Shown here one piece after another: positions 1 through 9,466 of a stretch of DNA of 57,993 nucleotides (positions are counted from its first letter, which is position 1; each line of letters opens with the position of its first letter). Where the stretch lies: positions 1-57,993 of the forward strand of contig JAXDOS010000150.1 of assembly GCA_034668785.1 (NCBI GenBank), given 5' to 3'. A program made the position numbers and the translations under genes. The notes below the pieces were generated by a model. That model worked only from the letters and a program-made list of their open reading frames with translations. It did not search any database and was not told the origin of the DNA. Origin of the DNA: Alphaproteobacteria bacterium. GTDB taxonomy: Bacteria; Pseudomonadota; Alphaproteobacteria; Rhizobiales; Xanthobacteraceae.

Positions 1-266
1 TTCTCCTGGATGAATTCGGCCGGATAAGTGCTGTTGGCATGGATGCCTCCGACCTTAGCCGCCGCTACGATGACAACATCCGGCTTTGCATCGGCGAGAT
101 AGTGATGGGTTGCAGCACCGTCGAGCAAGTCGAGCTTGTCACGGCTAGCGGTCATCAGGTGGCAGTCGATAATGCCGAGGCGGCGGACCAGCGCGGAGCC
201 AACCATGCCGCGATGGCCAGCCACGAAGACACGGCGTCCGGCAAGATCGAAAATCTTCGCTACCAT
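1..266 (-). CDS. fcl: GDP-L-fucose synthase (Fcl/WcaG family), N-terminal part only; the gene runs off the left edge
   Basis: Not in the ORF track because it is truncated. The reverse complement from ATG at 266..264 reads MVAKIFDLAGRRVFVAGHRGMVGSALVRRL...DVVIVAAAKVGGIHANSTYPAEFIQE. This matches the GHRGMVGSA Rossmann motif and the AAKVGGI.AN..YPA.F signature of Fcl. It lies 18 nt downstream of the gmd stop. Confidence 0.85.
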   Translation of the reverse strand, partial: MVAKIFDLAGRRVFVAGHRGMVGSALVRRLGIIDCHLMTASRDKLDLLDGAATHHYLADAKPDVVIVAAAKVGGIHANSTYPAEFIQE

Positions 267-283
267 GATCCAGCGCGTTCCAT

Positions 284-1363
284 TTACTCATACCGATTGC
301 GGCGGTCTTGTTCCAGGCGAACTGCTATCATGTCCGCATCGATCATTTCACGGACGAGCATGTCGAAACTAGTCTTGTGATGCCAGCCGAGCTTGCGGTG
401 TGCCTTGCTGGCATTGCCGAGCAGTAGATCGACTTCCGTCGGCCGGAAATACCGCGGATCGACTTCGACCAACACACGTCCAGTCTGATCGAAGCCTTTT
501 TCGCTCACGCCGGCACCACCCCACTCGATTTTCCGGCCAATCTGCGCAAATGCTTTCTCAACGAACTCGCGCACGGAATGCATCTCGCCCGTCGCCAGTA
601 CGAAATCATCGGGCTGCTCTTGCTGCACGATCAGCCACATGCCTTCGACATAGTCGCGTGCATGGCCCCAGTCACGCTTGGCATCGAGATTGCCGAGAAA
701 GAGCCGATCCTGCAGGCCCCGCTCGATCGCTGCTACTGCGCGAGTGATCTTGCGGGTTACAAAGGTTTCCCCGCGGATCGGACTTTCATGATTGAACAGA
801 ATGCCGTTGGAGGCGTGCATCCCATAGGCTTCGCGGTAATTCACGGTGATCCAGTAAGCATAGAGCTTCGCGGCGGCATAGGGCGAGCGCGGATAAAATG
901 GTGTAGTCTCCGTCTGCGGCGTCTCTTGGACCTTGCCGTAGAGTTCCGAGGTCGACGCCTGATAGAAGCGCGTCTGCCTTTCAAGGCCAAGGATACGAAT
1001 CGCTTCCAGCAATCGCAGCGTTCCAAGACCATCGGCATTCGCAGTGTATTCCGGCGTCTCGAACGAGACCTGCACATGCGATTGGGCGGCAAGATTGTAG
1101 ATTTCGTCGGGCTGCGTCTCCTGCACGATGCGGATGAGGTTGGTCGCATCTGTAGCGTCGCCGTAATGCAAGAAGAACGAGACGCCCTGCTCGTGAACGT
1201 CGTGATAGAGATGGTCGATGCGTCCGGTATTAAATGATGACGAGCGCCGCTTGATCCCGTGGACAACATATCCTTTGGCGAGCAGGAATTCGGCCATATA
1301 AGCGCCATCCTGGCCGGTCACGCCCGTGATCAAAGCGGTCTTCTTTGCAGCTCCAGACATCAT
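284..1363 (-). CDS. gmd: GDP-mannose 4,6-dehydratase
   Basis: 359-aa ORF. Near-colinear match to canonical Gmd: [98 protein letters not shown]. Confidence 0.95.
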   Translation of the reverse strand: MMSGAAKKTALITGVTGQDGAYMAEFLLAKGYVVHGIKRRSSSFNTGRIDHLYHDVHEQGVSFFLHYGDATDATNLIRIVQETQPDEIYNLAAQSHVQVSFETPEYTANADGLGTLRLLEAIRILGLERQTRFYQASTSELYGKVQETPQTETTPFYPRSPYAAAKLYAYWITVNYREAYGMHASNGILFNHESPIRGETFVTRKITRAVAAIERGLQDRLFLGNLDAKRDWGHARDYVEGMWLIVQQEQPDDFVLATGEMHSVREFVEKAFAQIGRKIEWGGAGVSEKGFDQTGRVLVEVDPRYFRPTEVDLLLGNASKAHRKLGWHHKTSFDMLVREMIDADMIAVRLEQDRRNRYE

Positions 1364-1370
1364 CCACCGT

Positions 1371-2102
1371 TCAATGTGCGGCTTCTTTTTCCACGATGAG
1401 CATCATGCGAAACGCCATGATGCGGCCGACCACAGGTTCGATCGCGCGTTCCATCCGCAGCACTCGCAGGGCGAGCGCCTCAGAGATGAAGCTCCATGGT
1501 TTAAACCCACCCGTCAACGGATAGACCACGAGCGAAAACCAATCAACCTGCTTAATACGGAGACTTGGAAACGTTTCGTGAAATCGCGCCCGCTCGCGGG
1601 TGGCAATCAAGGTTGGAATGGCTTGGTTGGATGTATAGGGATCACGCTTCGGATCCGGACTGCCGCTGATCAAGGGGTCGGCTGAGGTTATGACCGGCTC
1701 GTGGTGCACGAGGCGATAGAACAGCGAAGACCCCCAGGTGATCGCAGGTTCCACCATGACGATGCGACCTCCAGGGCGCAACACGCGTTCCGCCTCTTTG
1801 AAGAAGATCGCAGGAAACTCGACATGATGTAGGACATCCACCATCACGATGTTGGCAGCCGAACTCGCAGCGAAGGGCAGTCGCTGCGCATCGGTCACGC
1901 AATCCAGCCATGGCGCGAACTGGATGTCAGTTGCGACGACATCAGAGAGGCGCTCCTTGAGATTTCCGATCCCTCCGCCAATTTCGATTGTGGTGCCGGG
2001 GACGCAAGCGCGAATGATCCTGCTGTAGAAGTCATCGTAAATCAGGCGCAAAGCCGGCTTGCGACTCCACATAGAACGGTATTCCTGGAGAGCCTCCGAC
2101 AT
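1371..2102 (-). CDS. class I SAM-dependent methyltransferase
   Basis: 243 aa. Motif I-like [10 protein letters not shown], then [13 protein letters not shown]...[12 protein letters not shown] (Methyltransf_11-type layout). Confidence 0.8.
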   Translation of the reverse strand: MSEALQEYRSMWSRKPALRLIYDDFYSRIIRACVPGTTIEIGGGIGNLKERLSDVVATDIQFAPWLDCVTDAQRLPFAASSAANIVMVDVLHHVEFPAIFFKEAERVLRPGGRIVMVEPAITWGSSLFYRLVHHEPVITSADPLISGSPDPKRDPYTSNQAIPTLIATRERARFHETFPSLRIKQVDWFSLVVYPLTGGFKPWSFISEALALRVLRMERAIEPVVGRIMAFRMMLIVEKEAAH

Positions 2103-2108
2103 GGAACC

Positions 2109-3569
2109 TCACAACGCCTTGATGCGCCGGAAAGCAAAGACCACCATACGGAGCAGCATGAGCCCGTGGCGAAAGCGCGAAATTTGTGTCTCTCCGTAGG
2201 TACGGTTGGCATACCTAATGGGAATTTCTACGACCTTCAGATTAAGCTTGGAGGCTCCGAAGATGAGGTCGAAGTCCCCGAAGGGATCGAAATCGCCGAA
2301 ATAGGAACGGCCTGCCTTAAGCCTTACATAGTCGGAGCGGCGCAGAACCTTCGTGCCGCATAACGTGTCGGTGAAGCGCTGCGACAGCAGCCAAGTGAAA
2401 ATAATCGAGAATAGTTTATTCGCGATGAGATTGAGGAAGCGCATCGCCTCATCCTCCATCCGATAGACCAGACGCGAGCCGTTGACGAATTCGCCTTTGC
2501 CAGAGCGGATCGCTTGCCAAAATGCCGTTAGTTGCTCGGGGGGCATGGTCAAGTCTGCATCGAGAATCATCAGTACGTCGCCCGTTGCGGAATCAAACGC
2601 AGAGAACACAGCGTCTGCTTTGCCCTTTCCTGGTTGCTTCATTGCTTTGATAGTTTCCGTAGGATAGGCCGCAATGACTCGTTGAATCTCCTCCCAGGTC
2701 CCGTCCTTGGAGTGCCCCTCGACGAAGATGATCTCGATGTCGCTGGTGAAGCGGGGAATACGGCGCACCGCCGCCTCTATATTGCCGCGCTCGTTACGTG
2801 CCGGGATGACAACAGTCGCTGATTTGATCCCGTCGTCTATCTGACGTAGCGATCGGCACACTGTATAGTGACGCAGGCAGAGCGCACGAATACCGGGCCA
2901 CGGTGCGACGAACCGATTGAGCAGGCGCCCCAGACCAAAAATATGTGCAGGCGACAGCAGCCGCACTTCACTTTTCACCGGTTCGAAATCCGCAAGTGAC
3001 ACCAGTGCGTGCACGTCTTTCGGCGAAAAGACGTTCTGCACAGGTTGCCGCATCCGCAACCCGAGCCATTCCGCGGCCTTCAATGCCGGATACCAGAGAT
3101 GCGAGAAGTAGGCGACGATCACGCGCGTGTCGCGCGTACACAAGAGGTGTAGACTTTCGAAAAAGCTCTGGCAGTCGTCGAGTGTTCCCAGGCTATCCGC
3201 GATCAGGATGGCGTCAAACGGCCCCGGAAGTGACCTGATAAAATCGGGATCCTCGATATCGCCTTGCAAAAATGTCAGCTCGGAGTTTGCTTGGCGGGCC
3301 TGCGAGAGCATTCCCTCGCTGAAATCCACGCCGACGCCATACGAGGGCTTGAGCGCAGCGAGGAGATGGCCAGTCCCGCAGCCGAGTTCGAGAACACGGC
3401 TACCTTCAGGAATGACGAACTTCAGATAGCGTAAATCCTCACTATGAAAGAATGCGCCTTTCCGCACCCACCGCTCACGTTCTGCAGATAGTTCATTCTG
3501 CAATCGGCGAACGGCCTCTTTACGGTGCGACATTGGGTGTCTGGAAGCGTGCGCAATCACGTCGGGCAT
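2109..3569 (-). CDS. bifunctional class I methyltransferase / family-2 glycosyltransferase (DPM1/GtrB-like) fusion
   Basis: 486 aa. The N-terminal half carries VLELGCGTGHLL and DAILIADSLGTLDD. The C-terminal half carries VVIPARNERGNIE, FVEGHSKDGT and MILDADLTMP (DxD), typical of polyprenyl-phosphate sugar synthase-type GT2. Confidence 0.8.
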   Translation of the reverse strand: MPDVIAHASRHPMSHRKEAVRRLQNELSAERERWVRKGAFFHSEDLRYLKFVIPEGSRVLELGCGTGHLLAALKPSYGVGVDFSEGMLSQARQANSELTFLQGDIEDPDFIRSLPGPFDAILIADSLGTLDDCQSFFESLHLLCTRDTRVIVAYFSHLWYPALKAAEWLGLRMRQPVQNVFSPKDVHALVSLADFEPVKSEVRLLSPAHIFGLGRLLNRFVAPWPGIRALCLRHYTVCRSLRQIDDGIKSATVVIPARNERGNIEAAVRRIPRFTSDIEIIFVEGHSKDGTWEEIQRVIAAYPTETIKAMKQPGKGKADAVFSAFDSATGDVLMILDADLTMPPEQLTAFWQAIRSGKGEFVNGSRLVYRMEDEAMRFLNLIANKLFSIIFTWLLSQRFTDTLCGTKVLRRSDYVRLKAGRSYFGDFDPFGDFDLIFGASKLNLKVVEIPIRYANRTYGETQISRFRHGLMLLRMVVFAFRRIKAL

Positions 3570-3573
3570 TCTT

Positions 3574-4632
3574 TCAGCTTAAGGAAGCCGGATCGTCCTT
3601 CGCCTTGCTCGGCGAGAAGAACATGAGGACAAAGGCCCCCGGTGCCGCAGCGGCGATCAGGACGAGGCCGAAGGTTACAGAGAAAAGAAAGGCCTGCTGC
3701 GCTGGAAGCCCCTGCGTATCCAGGAATGAGGTTAGGGCGAGTTCACGTAAACCCCAGCCCCCAATAGAAATTGGAAGAACGGCAATCGCAACCATAATTG
3801 TGAATAACACCGAAGCGTCCACCAGTGGCAAGGTCATGGCGAAGGCGTGGCCAAGCGACCAGATACAAATGATAGTCAAAATATGAATAGCCAAGGCTAA
3901 GCCCAAAATGCTGAGGGCATATGGCGATTCGATCAAGACCCGGCGCGATGCGGCGATGAGTTGACCCATCCAATTTGTCATCTTAAAACGCATCAACACC
4001 GGAACATAGAGCGGCGCAAACCAAAGTCCTGCGGCGGCGGCGGCGAGTACGGCGGCAAAAAGCAATAATGCCAGCAGACGGTATCCGCCAAGTTCCGTTA
4101 GAGCCGACGTAAACAGCAATGTTACAAATCCTACCATCACGAGAGTTCCGACACCAATACTGCGGTCGATTAAAACCCCTGCAAGCCCCTGGCGCCAACT
4201 GCGTCCAATACGAGCGAGCAGCCAGACGCGGATGGCGTCACTCATAAGGTTCGGTATCAGTTGTCCGAGGAAGATCGAGATCGCGCTAATCGCGATCATC
4301 GGACCTACGGCGATCGGGCGTCCATCGGGTTGAAGCGCGTCGGTGACCTTGCTCCAGCGCAGGCCGGCGAGAGGAATTTGAAGCACCATAATGACTGTAG
4401 CGAAAACGATCCATCGGTAATCGAGATTACCGGCCGTTCGGAGAAGTTCCTCGAGGTTGATCTGATGAAATACGTACCAAAAACAGGCCGCGGTGATTGC
4501 GAACTTAAGCCCAAAGATCGCAACCTTCTGAACCGTGGCTCCATTCCTTATGGTCGTGGCGGCATGGTTCACGATAATACTCGACACTTTGCGCGGAATG
4601 TAAGATGCATAGTCGGAAGGCGGCGCCCACAA
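3574..4632 (-). CDS. UPF0104 / LPG-synthase-TM (MprF flippase-domain) family integral membrane protein
   Basis: 352 aa with about 8 hydrophobic segments. It has the characteristic LAGLRWSKV loop after the second TM segment. It ends 5 nt before the MT-GT2 fusion gene. Confidence 0.65.
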   Translation of the reverse strand: MWAPPSDYASYIPRKVSSIIVNHAATTIRNGATVQKVAIFGLKFAITAACFWYVFHQINLEELLRTAGNLDYRWIVFATVIMVLQIPLAGLRWSKVTDALQPDGRPIAVGPMIAISAISIFLGQLIPNLMSDAIRVWLLARIGRSWRQGLAGVLIDRSIGVGTLVMVGFVTLLFTSALTELGGYRLLALLLFAAVLAAAAAGLWFAPLYVPVLMRFKMTNWMGQLIAASRRVLIESPYALSILGLALAIHILTIICIWSLGHAFAMTLPLVDASVLFTIMVAIAVLPISIGGWGLRELALTSFLDTQGLPAQQAFLFSVTFGLVLIAAAAPGAFVLMFFSPSKAKDDPASLS

Positions 4633-4882
4633 TTATCGGCGGATCGCCGCTATTTCAATGAACTAGGATAACTTTGGCCATTGAGGGGCAGCTGCCCGGG
4701 TCAAGCTAGGGCTTCCTTATTAGTTTCAGTGCCACGCCGCAATAACAATACTGCTCGATTGGCGGATAGCCCTAGGCAGGAAGGAATGATGCATGGCTAC
4801 GTATTATGCAGTAATGACGCGGGGCCGTAGAGTTCCTGGTGTCCGTGATTGAAGCCTGTAGCAGTGTGCTTAAGGTCCCACG

Positions 4883-4910
4883 TTGACAGTCATATAGGCA
4901 ATTGTAATGT
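4883..4910 (+). promoter_or_regulatory. candidate sigma70-type promoter for the gmhA operon
   Basis: TTGACA (4883..4888), a 16-nt spacer, then TAATGT (4905..4910). It sits in the 302-bp divergent intergenic region, about 25 nt upstream of the ATG at 4935. Pattern match only. Confidence 0.3.
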
Positions 4911-4934
4911 ACGGCCTCCCCGGGGACCAGCGGT

Positions 4935-5531
4935 ATGTCATTCGCTCGTAATCATCTGAATGAGTCTAAGCAGATCATCGAGAAAATCGATGTCGACGTT
5001 ATAGAACAGATAGCTCTCATACTCGCCGACCTTCGTGTAAATGGCGGACGTTTATTTTTCCTGGGCGTCGGCGGTAGTGCCGGCAACTGCTCCCATGCTG
5101 TCAATGACTTCCGGAAAATCGTCGGTATCGAAGCCTATGCACCCACGGACAATGTTTCGGAACTGACCGCCCGCACGAACGACGAAGGCTGGGAAACTGT
5201 CTTCGTCGAATGGTTGAAAGTTAGCCGCTTGAGCCCGATCGATCTAATCTTCGTGTTTTCAGTCGGCGGAGGCAATCTGGAGAAGAACGTGAGCCCCAAT
5301 CTTGTGCGCGCCCTGCAATACGCCAAACAGGTGGGTGCAAAGATTGTCGGTGTGGTCGGTCGCGACGGCGGCTATACCGCACAGGTGGGGGACGCGGTCT
5401 GTATCATCCCGACTGTCAATCCCGCTGCCGTCACGCCCCATTCGGAAGCGTTCCAGGCGATAGTCTGGCATCTCCTCGTCACCCACCCCCTTCTCAAAGC
5501 GAGTGAGACGAAGTGGGAGGGAGTCCGCTGA
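4935..5531 (+). CDS. gmhA: D-sedoheptulose-7-phosphate isomerase (SIS domain)
   Basis: 198 aa. GmhA-type SIS signature FFLGVGGSAGNCSHAVNDFRK, and SVGGGN. Operon partner of gmhB. Confidence 0.8.
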   Translation: MSFARNHLNESKQIIEKIDVDVIEQIALILADLRVNGGRLFFLGVGGSAGNCSHAVNDFRKIVGIEAYAPTDNVSELTARTNDEGWETVFVEWLKVSRLSPIDLIFVFSVGGGNLEKNVSPNLVRALQYAKQVGAKIVGVVGRDGGYTAQVGDAVCIIPTVNPAAVTPHSEAFQAIVWHLLVTHPLLKASETKWEGVR

Positions 5532-5540
5532 CTCTAGCCG

Positions 5541-6077
5541 ATGACGCGTGCAGTATTCCTTGACCGTGATGGTGTATTGAACGAGGCGATTGTCCGGGAT
5601 GGAAATCCATATCCACCTGTGACAGTAGAGCAGCTCGTAGTTATACCGGGTGCCGCCGATTCGCTTAAGTTATTGCATAATCACGGCTTTCGGCTCATTA
5701 TGGTTACCAATCAGCCAGACATCGCGCGGGGAAAAATTTCCCGCGAAGTAGTTGAGGAGATCAATTTTCATTTGTGCCAAGCTCTTCCCATCGACGCGGT
5801 CGAGATGTGTGATCATGACGATGCAGATCGCTGTGAATGCCGCAAGCCGCAACCAGGAATGTTGCTGGCCGCGGCGCGTCGTGATGGCATCGATCTGGCT
5901 CGCAGCTTCCTGGTCGGGGACCGCTGGCGCGACATAGAAGCCGGCAAACGTGCCGGCTGCCGCACTATCCTAATCGGCGACGGTTACGCTGAGGGTCTCA
6001 AGTCACCGCCGGATGTTGCCGTCGCCACTCTTGTCGACGCCGCCAATTGGATCCTGGCACATTCACAAGAACCATAG
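5541..6077 (+). CDS. gmhB: D-glycero-D-manno-heptose 1,7-bisphosphate phosphatase (HAD superfamily, histidinol-phosphatase-like)
   Basis: 178 aa. HAD motif I is AVFLDRDGVLN. Also MVTNQPDIARG. Zn-finger insertion C.H......C.CRKPQPGML typical of GmhB. VGDRWRDIEAG is HAD motif IV. Confidence 0.8.
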   Translation: MTRAVFLDRDGVLNEAIVRDGNPYPPVTVEQLVVIPGAADSLKLLHNHGFRLIMVTNQPDIARGKISREVVEEINFHLCQALPIDAVEMCDHDDADRCECRKPQPGMLLAAARRDGIDLARSFLVGDRWRDIEAGKRAGCRTILIGDGYAEGLKSPPDVAVATLVDAANWILAHSQEP

Positions 6078-6085
6078 GAACCGAC

Positions 6086-6802
6086 ATGAAAAAAGTTAGC
6101 GAATTGACGGTGAAAATTTTCGCCGATGGCGCCGCTAAGGCGGGAATGCTTGAAATGTACGCCAATCCGTACATCAAGGGATTTACGACAAATCCTAGCC
6201 TCATGCGTAAAGTGGGCGTTTCGGATTACGAAGCGTTCGCCAAAGAGATAGTGGCCGCCATTCCCGACAGGCCAATTTCGTTCGAAGTCTTCGCGGATGA
6301 CTTTGGTGAAATGGAACGGCAGGCGCGCCGTATCGCGACTTGGGGGAAGCATGTGTCGGTGAAGATACCAATCACCAACACGAAGAAAGAAAGCGCGGCG
6401 CCCCTGGTGCAGAAGCTGTCACAGGACGGCATTAGACTTAATGTCACGGCTATTTTCACCATTGAGCAGGTCCAGGCTATAGTTGATGCGGTGCGTGGCG
6501 GCGCCCATTGCTACATTTCGGTGTTTGCCGGCCGCATTGCCGACACCGGACTGGATCCCGTGCCGCTCATGGCTGAATCGGTTAGACGGATGAAAGCCGC
6601 GCCGAATTCCGAGCTGATCTGGGCAAGCCCCCGAGAACTCCTCAATATCTATCAGGCGGACGCCATCGGGTGCCACGTCATCACGGTTACGAATGATGTT
6701 ATCAAGAAACTGCCATTGGTCGGCAAAGACCTTGAAGAGTACTCCCTCGAGACGGTGAAGATGTTTTTCGACGACGGAAAGGCGGCTGGCTACAAGCTTT
6801 GA
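6086..6802 (+). CDS. transaldolase / fructose-6-phosphate-aldolase family class I aldolase
   Basis: The track ORF 6047..6802 is trimmed to the ATG at 6086, which is preceded by AGGAA. It has the GFTTNPSL motif and VSVKIPIT (Schiff-base lysine context as in TalC/FSA). Its 3' end overlaps the convergent hddC stop by 13 nt. Confidence 0.75.
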   Translation: MKKVSELTVKIFADGAAKAGMLEMYANPYIKGFTTNPSLMRKVGVSDYEAFAKEIVAAIPDRPISFEVFADDFGEMERQARRIATWGKHVSVKIPITNTKKESAAPLVQKLSQDGIRLNVTAIFTIEQVQAIVDAVRGGAHCYISVFAGRIADTGLDPVPLMAESVRRMKAAPNSELIWASPRELLNIYQADAIGCHVITVTNDVIKKLPLVGKDLEEYSLETVKMFFDDGKAAGYKL

Positions 6803-7506
6803 GACCTGGAGCGCAGAAGCGCATCAGCTTCCGCCAGCCCTTCGGCGGAGCCTATTTCGTAAAACCGCGTTCCGACCTCGTAACCGGCAAGGTCGTGATT
6901 ACGCGCCAGTTCTGAGAAGATATCGGCAAGATCGATCGGCCTGTCTGCCGGCTGAGCTCTAAGGACTTCAGCCCTCATCGCGCTCAGTCCCCAATCGATG
7001 TGTTGCGCCTGCGGCATGGCCTCGCGCTTGTCGTAGCGCTGGATGCAGCCGTTCGCGAACCAGACATTGCTTCGGTCCCATCGTCCCTCGTTGCGAAATA
7101 CGGTCATCAATGCGCTCTTTCCGGAGGCTCGGAACGCCTTCACGATGGGCGCGTAGGAGGTATCGAGCCAGCTATCGCCGTACATGACGAGAAACTCGGC
7201 ACCCAGGTGCGGAAGCGCCTTGCGCAGGGAACCGCCGGTCCCGAGGAGTGTCGCTCCATCCGGGCTGTATGTAATATTGAGATCGAAGCGCTTTCCATCG
7301 CCGGCGAATTGTTCAATCTGCTCCCCCAAATGGCCGACGCATAAGACCACACGTGTGATGCCCTCGCGCCGTATCAGCCGAAGTTGATGGGCGATAAATG
7401 GCTCGCCGGCCACTTCGAGCAAGGCTTTGGGAACACGTTCGCTTAGCGGGCGCATGCGTGTCCCCAGACCGCCTGCCAGCAACGCTAAGGGTGGCATAGA
7501 CGTCAT
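6790..7506 (-). CDS. hddC: sugar-1-phosphate nucleotidyltransferase, probable D-glycero-alpha-D-manno-heptose-1-phosphate guanylyltransferase
   Basis: 238 aa. It has the LLAGGLGTRMRPLSERVPKALLEV nucleotidyltransferase signature. Its start overlaps the hddA stop (ATGA-type coupling at 7503..7506). Confidence 0.75.
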   Translation of the reverse strand: MTSMPPLALLAGGLGTRMRPLSERVPKALLEVAGEPFIAHQLRLIRREGITRVVLCVGHLGEQIEQFAGDGKRFDLNITYSPDGATLLGTGGSLRKALPHLGAEFLVMYGDSWLDTSYAPIVKAFRASGKSALMTVFRNEGRWDRSNVWFANGCIQRYDKREAMPQAQHIDWGLSAMRAEVLRAQPADRPIDLADIFSELARNHDLAGYEVGTRFYEIGSAEGLAEADALLRSRSQSL

Positions 7507-8483
7507 TGCACGATCGTTTTGGTGCCTTCGAAGTCGAACCGGAAGCGAACCTCGGTCAACCCCGCTGTCGTTAACGCATGCCGGAGCTGCGTCTTATTCT
7601 CGGCATAGAACATCAGGAAACCCCCGCCGCCCGCGCCGATCAGCTTGCCGCCCACCGCCCCGTTACGCATCGCGAGCTCATACCACTCGTCGATCTTGAG
7701 ATTGGACATGCCTCCGGAACGCTGCTTCTTGTGATCCCAATGCTCATGCATGAGACGGCCGAACTCCATCAAGTCACCGTCTTCAAGCGCCTTACAGCTG
7801 CGCAGGCCTAAATCTTTTACATAGTTCAGGTTCTGGATCATGTCGGAGTTTTGCTGCTTGGTTTTATCGTCCTGCTCTTTGAGAATTACCGAGGCGCTAC
7901 GCGAGTAACCAGTAAAGAACAGGAGGAGATTGTCTTCCAGATTGTAAAGAGTCTCGATACTGATCCGAAGGGGCCAAGCATCGACGCTGTCGTCACGGTT
8001 GAAACGGAAGCACGTGACCCCGCCATACGAGGCGATATATTGGTCCTGCTTGCCAATTGGTTCGCGCAAACGGTTGATTTCGATATCGCAAGCCTCCTCC
8101 GCAAGTTCGCGGGGGTGGATTAACTGCTTACAGTGAGAATGCAGCGCTTTGAGAAGCGCGGTTGTGAAGCTGCCGGAGGAGCCTAGTCCCGTGCCTGCCG
8201 GGATGTCGGCCATAGAGGTGATCTCAAGCGCTCGCGCACTCAGCCCGACCAGCTTGAAGGCCTCTCGCACGATTGGATGATTCAAATCCTCGACGGAACT
8301 TACCCTCTCCAGGATCGAGTACTTCACGATCAGGTCTTCGACGAATGTCTGATGGACGGTAATGTATACGTATTTATCGATGGCGGCGGCGATCAGAAAT
8401 CCCGTTTGATCGCGGTAGTACGAGGGCAGGTCCGTGCCGCCCCCACCAAGAGTAATGCGCAATGGCGAGCGTACGATGATCAC
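7503..8483 (-). CDS. hddA: GHMP-family kinase, probable D-glycero-alpha-D-manno-heptose-7-phosphate kinase
   Basis: 326 aa. The N-terminus IVRSPLRITLGGGGTDLPSYY is typical of HddA. GHMP motif II is PAGTGLGSSGSFT, and motif III is KLIGAGGGGFLMFY. Confidence 0.8.
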   Translation of the reverse strand: MIIVRSPLRITLGGGGTDLPSYYRDQTGFLIAAAIDKYVYITVHQTFVEDLIVKYSILERVSSVEDLNHPIVREAFKLVGLSARALEITSMADIPAGTGLGSSGSFTTALLKALHSHCKQLIHPRELAEEACDIEINRLREPIGKQDQYIASYGGVTCFRFNRDDSVDAWPLRISIETLYNLEDNLLLFFTGYSRSASVILKEQDDKTKQQNSDMIQNLNYVKDLGLRSCKALEDGDLMEFGRLMHEHWDHKKQRSGGMSNLKIDEWYELAMRNGAVGGKLIGAGGGGFLMFYAENKTQLRHALTTAGLTEVRFRFDFEGTKTIVQ

Positions 8484-9466
8484 GTGCGTCGGCTCCGGTA
8501 GATTTGGTCGACGATCTCGAGATTGGCGATGGCATCGAAGATGTCACCGCATGGCCGCCGGCCGTCGCGGACGGCAGCGGCAAAGTCGTCGAACTCGGCA
8601 TGCCACGATCGGTCTGGAAATGGATATTCCCACGCCGTGGTTTCGGGGGGGCCCATTCCAGGCAGCATTCGATAGTAGGTGAGCCGCTCGACACCATAGC
8701 TCCCACCGAGGCCATCGATGGCAAGCTTCCCGTTGCGGCCGGCAATTTCGAACGAAAAAATATTCTTCCACTCAGTCCATGACGCGTGCAGCCACGCTAT
8801 CTGCCCGCTTTTGCTGGAAAGAGCGAGGAAACAGTTATCATCGACGGGGATATCCCAGAAGAAAGTCGGGACGGCTGCATATTCCAGCGACAGATCACCG
8901 AGGAACCAGCGCGCTAGATCAATAAGATGGGAACCCTGATCAATAAGTTCGCCGCCGCCGGAAATTTCGGGTTGGCAGCGCCATTCCTGTTCATAGCCTA
9001 CTCGGCCACCGTGGCCGTAGCGCCCCCGGATGGACATCAGTGGTCCGAGCCCGTCGTCGTCGATGATTTGTCGCGCTTTTTGAAAAGCTGGATGAAAACG
9101 ATGATTGAAGCCGACCTTAACTACCAGTCCGCGCGCCGATGCAGCCTCGGCAATGGGGCGCACTTCATCTACATTGCGTCCGGCAGGTTTTTCCACCAGC
9201 ACGTGGCGGCCAGCTTCGACTGCGCCCCGCGCAACTATTGCGAGTTGGTCGTGCGTGGTAGCAACGATCACGGCGTCAACGTCCGCTTCCACGGCCTCGC
9301 GCCAGTCGGGCGTCGCGCGAGCGCCGACGCGGCGCGCGAGGTCATCAGCACGTGACCCGTCCCGATCGCAGACAACTGCAATCTCGTGCGGGCCCACGGC
9401 GGCCGCCCTCTTCGCACCAATGAAGCCACAACCGACAATAGAGAGGCGCACTATGCCTTGTCCCAT
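8480..9466 (-). CDS. Gfo/Idh/MocA family NAD(P)-dependent oxidoreductase
   Basis: The track ORF 8480..9565 is trimmed to MGQGIVRLSIVGCGFIGAKRA (Rossmann motif at the N-terminus). It has EKP and GFNHRFHP motifs. The longer N-terminal extension overlaps the upstream SDR gene. Confidence 0.8.
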   Translation of the reverse strand: MGQGIVRLSIVGCGFIGAKRAAAVGPHEIAVVCDRDGSRADDLARRVGARATPDWREAVEADVDAVIVATTHDQLAIVARGAVEAGRHVLVEKPAGRNVDEVRPIAEAASARGLVVKVGFNHRFHPAFQKARQIIDDDGLGPLMSIRGRYGHGGRVGYEQEWRCQPEISGGGELIDQGSHLIDLARWFLGDLSLEYAAVPTFFWDIPVDDNCFLALSSKSGQIAWLHASWTEWKNIFSFEIAGRNGKLAIDGLGGSYGVERLTYYRMLPGMGPPETTAWEYPFPDRSWHAEFDDFAAAVRDGRRPCGDIFDAIANLEIVDQIYRSRRT

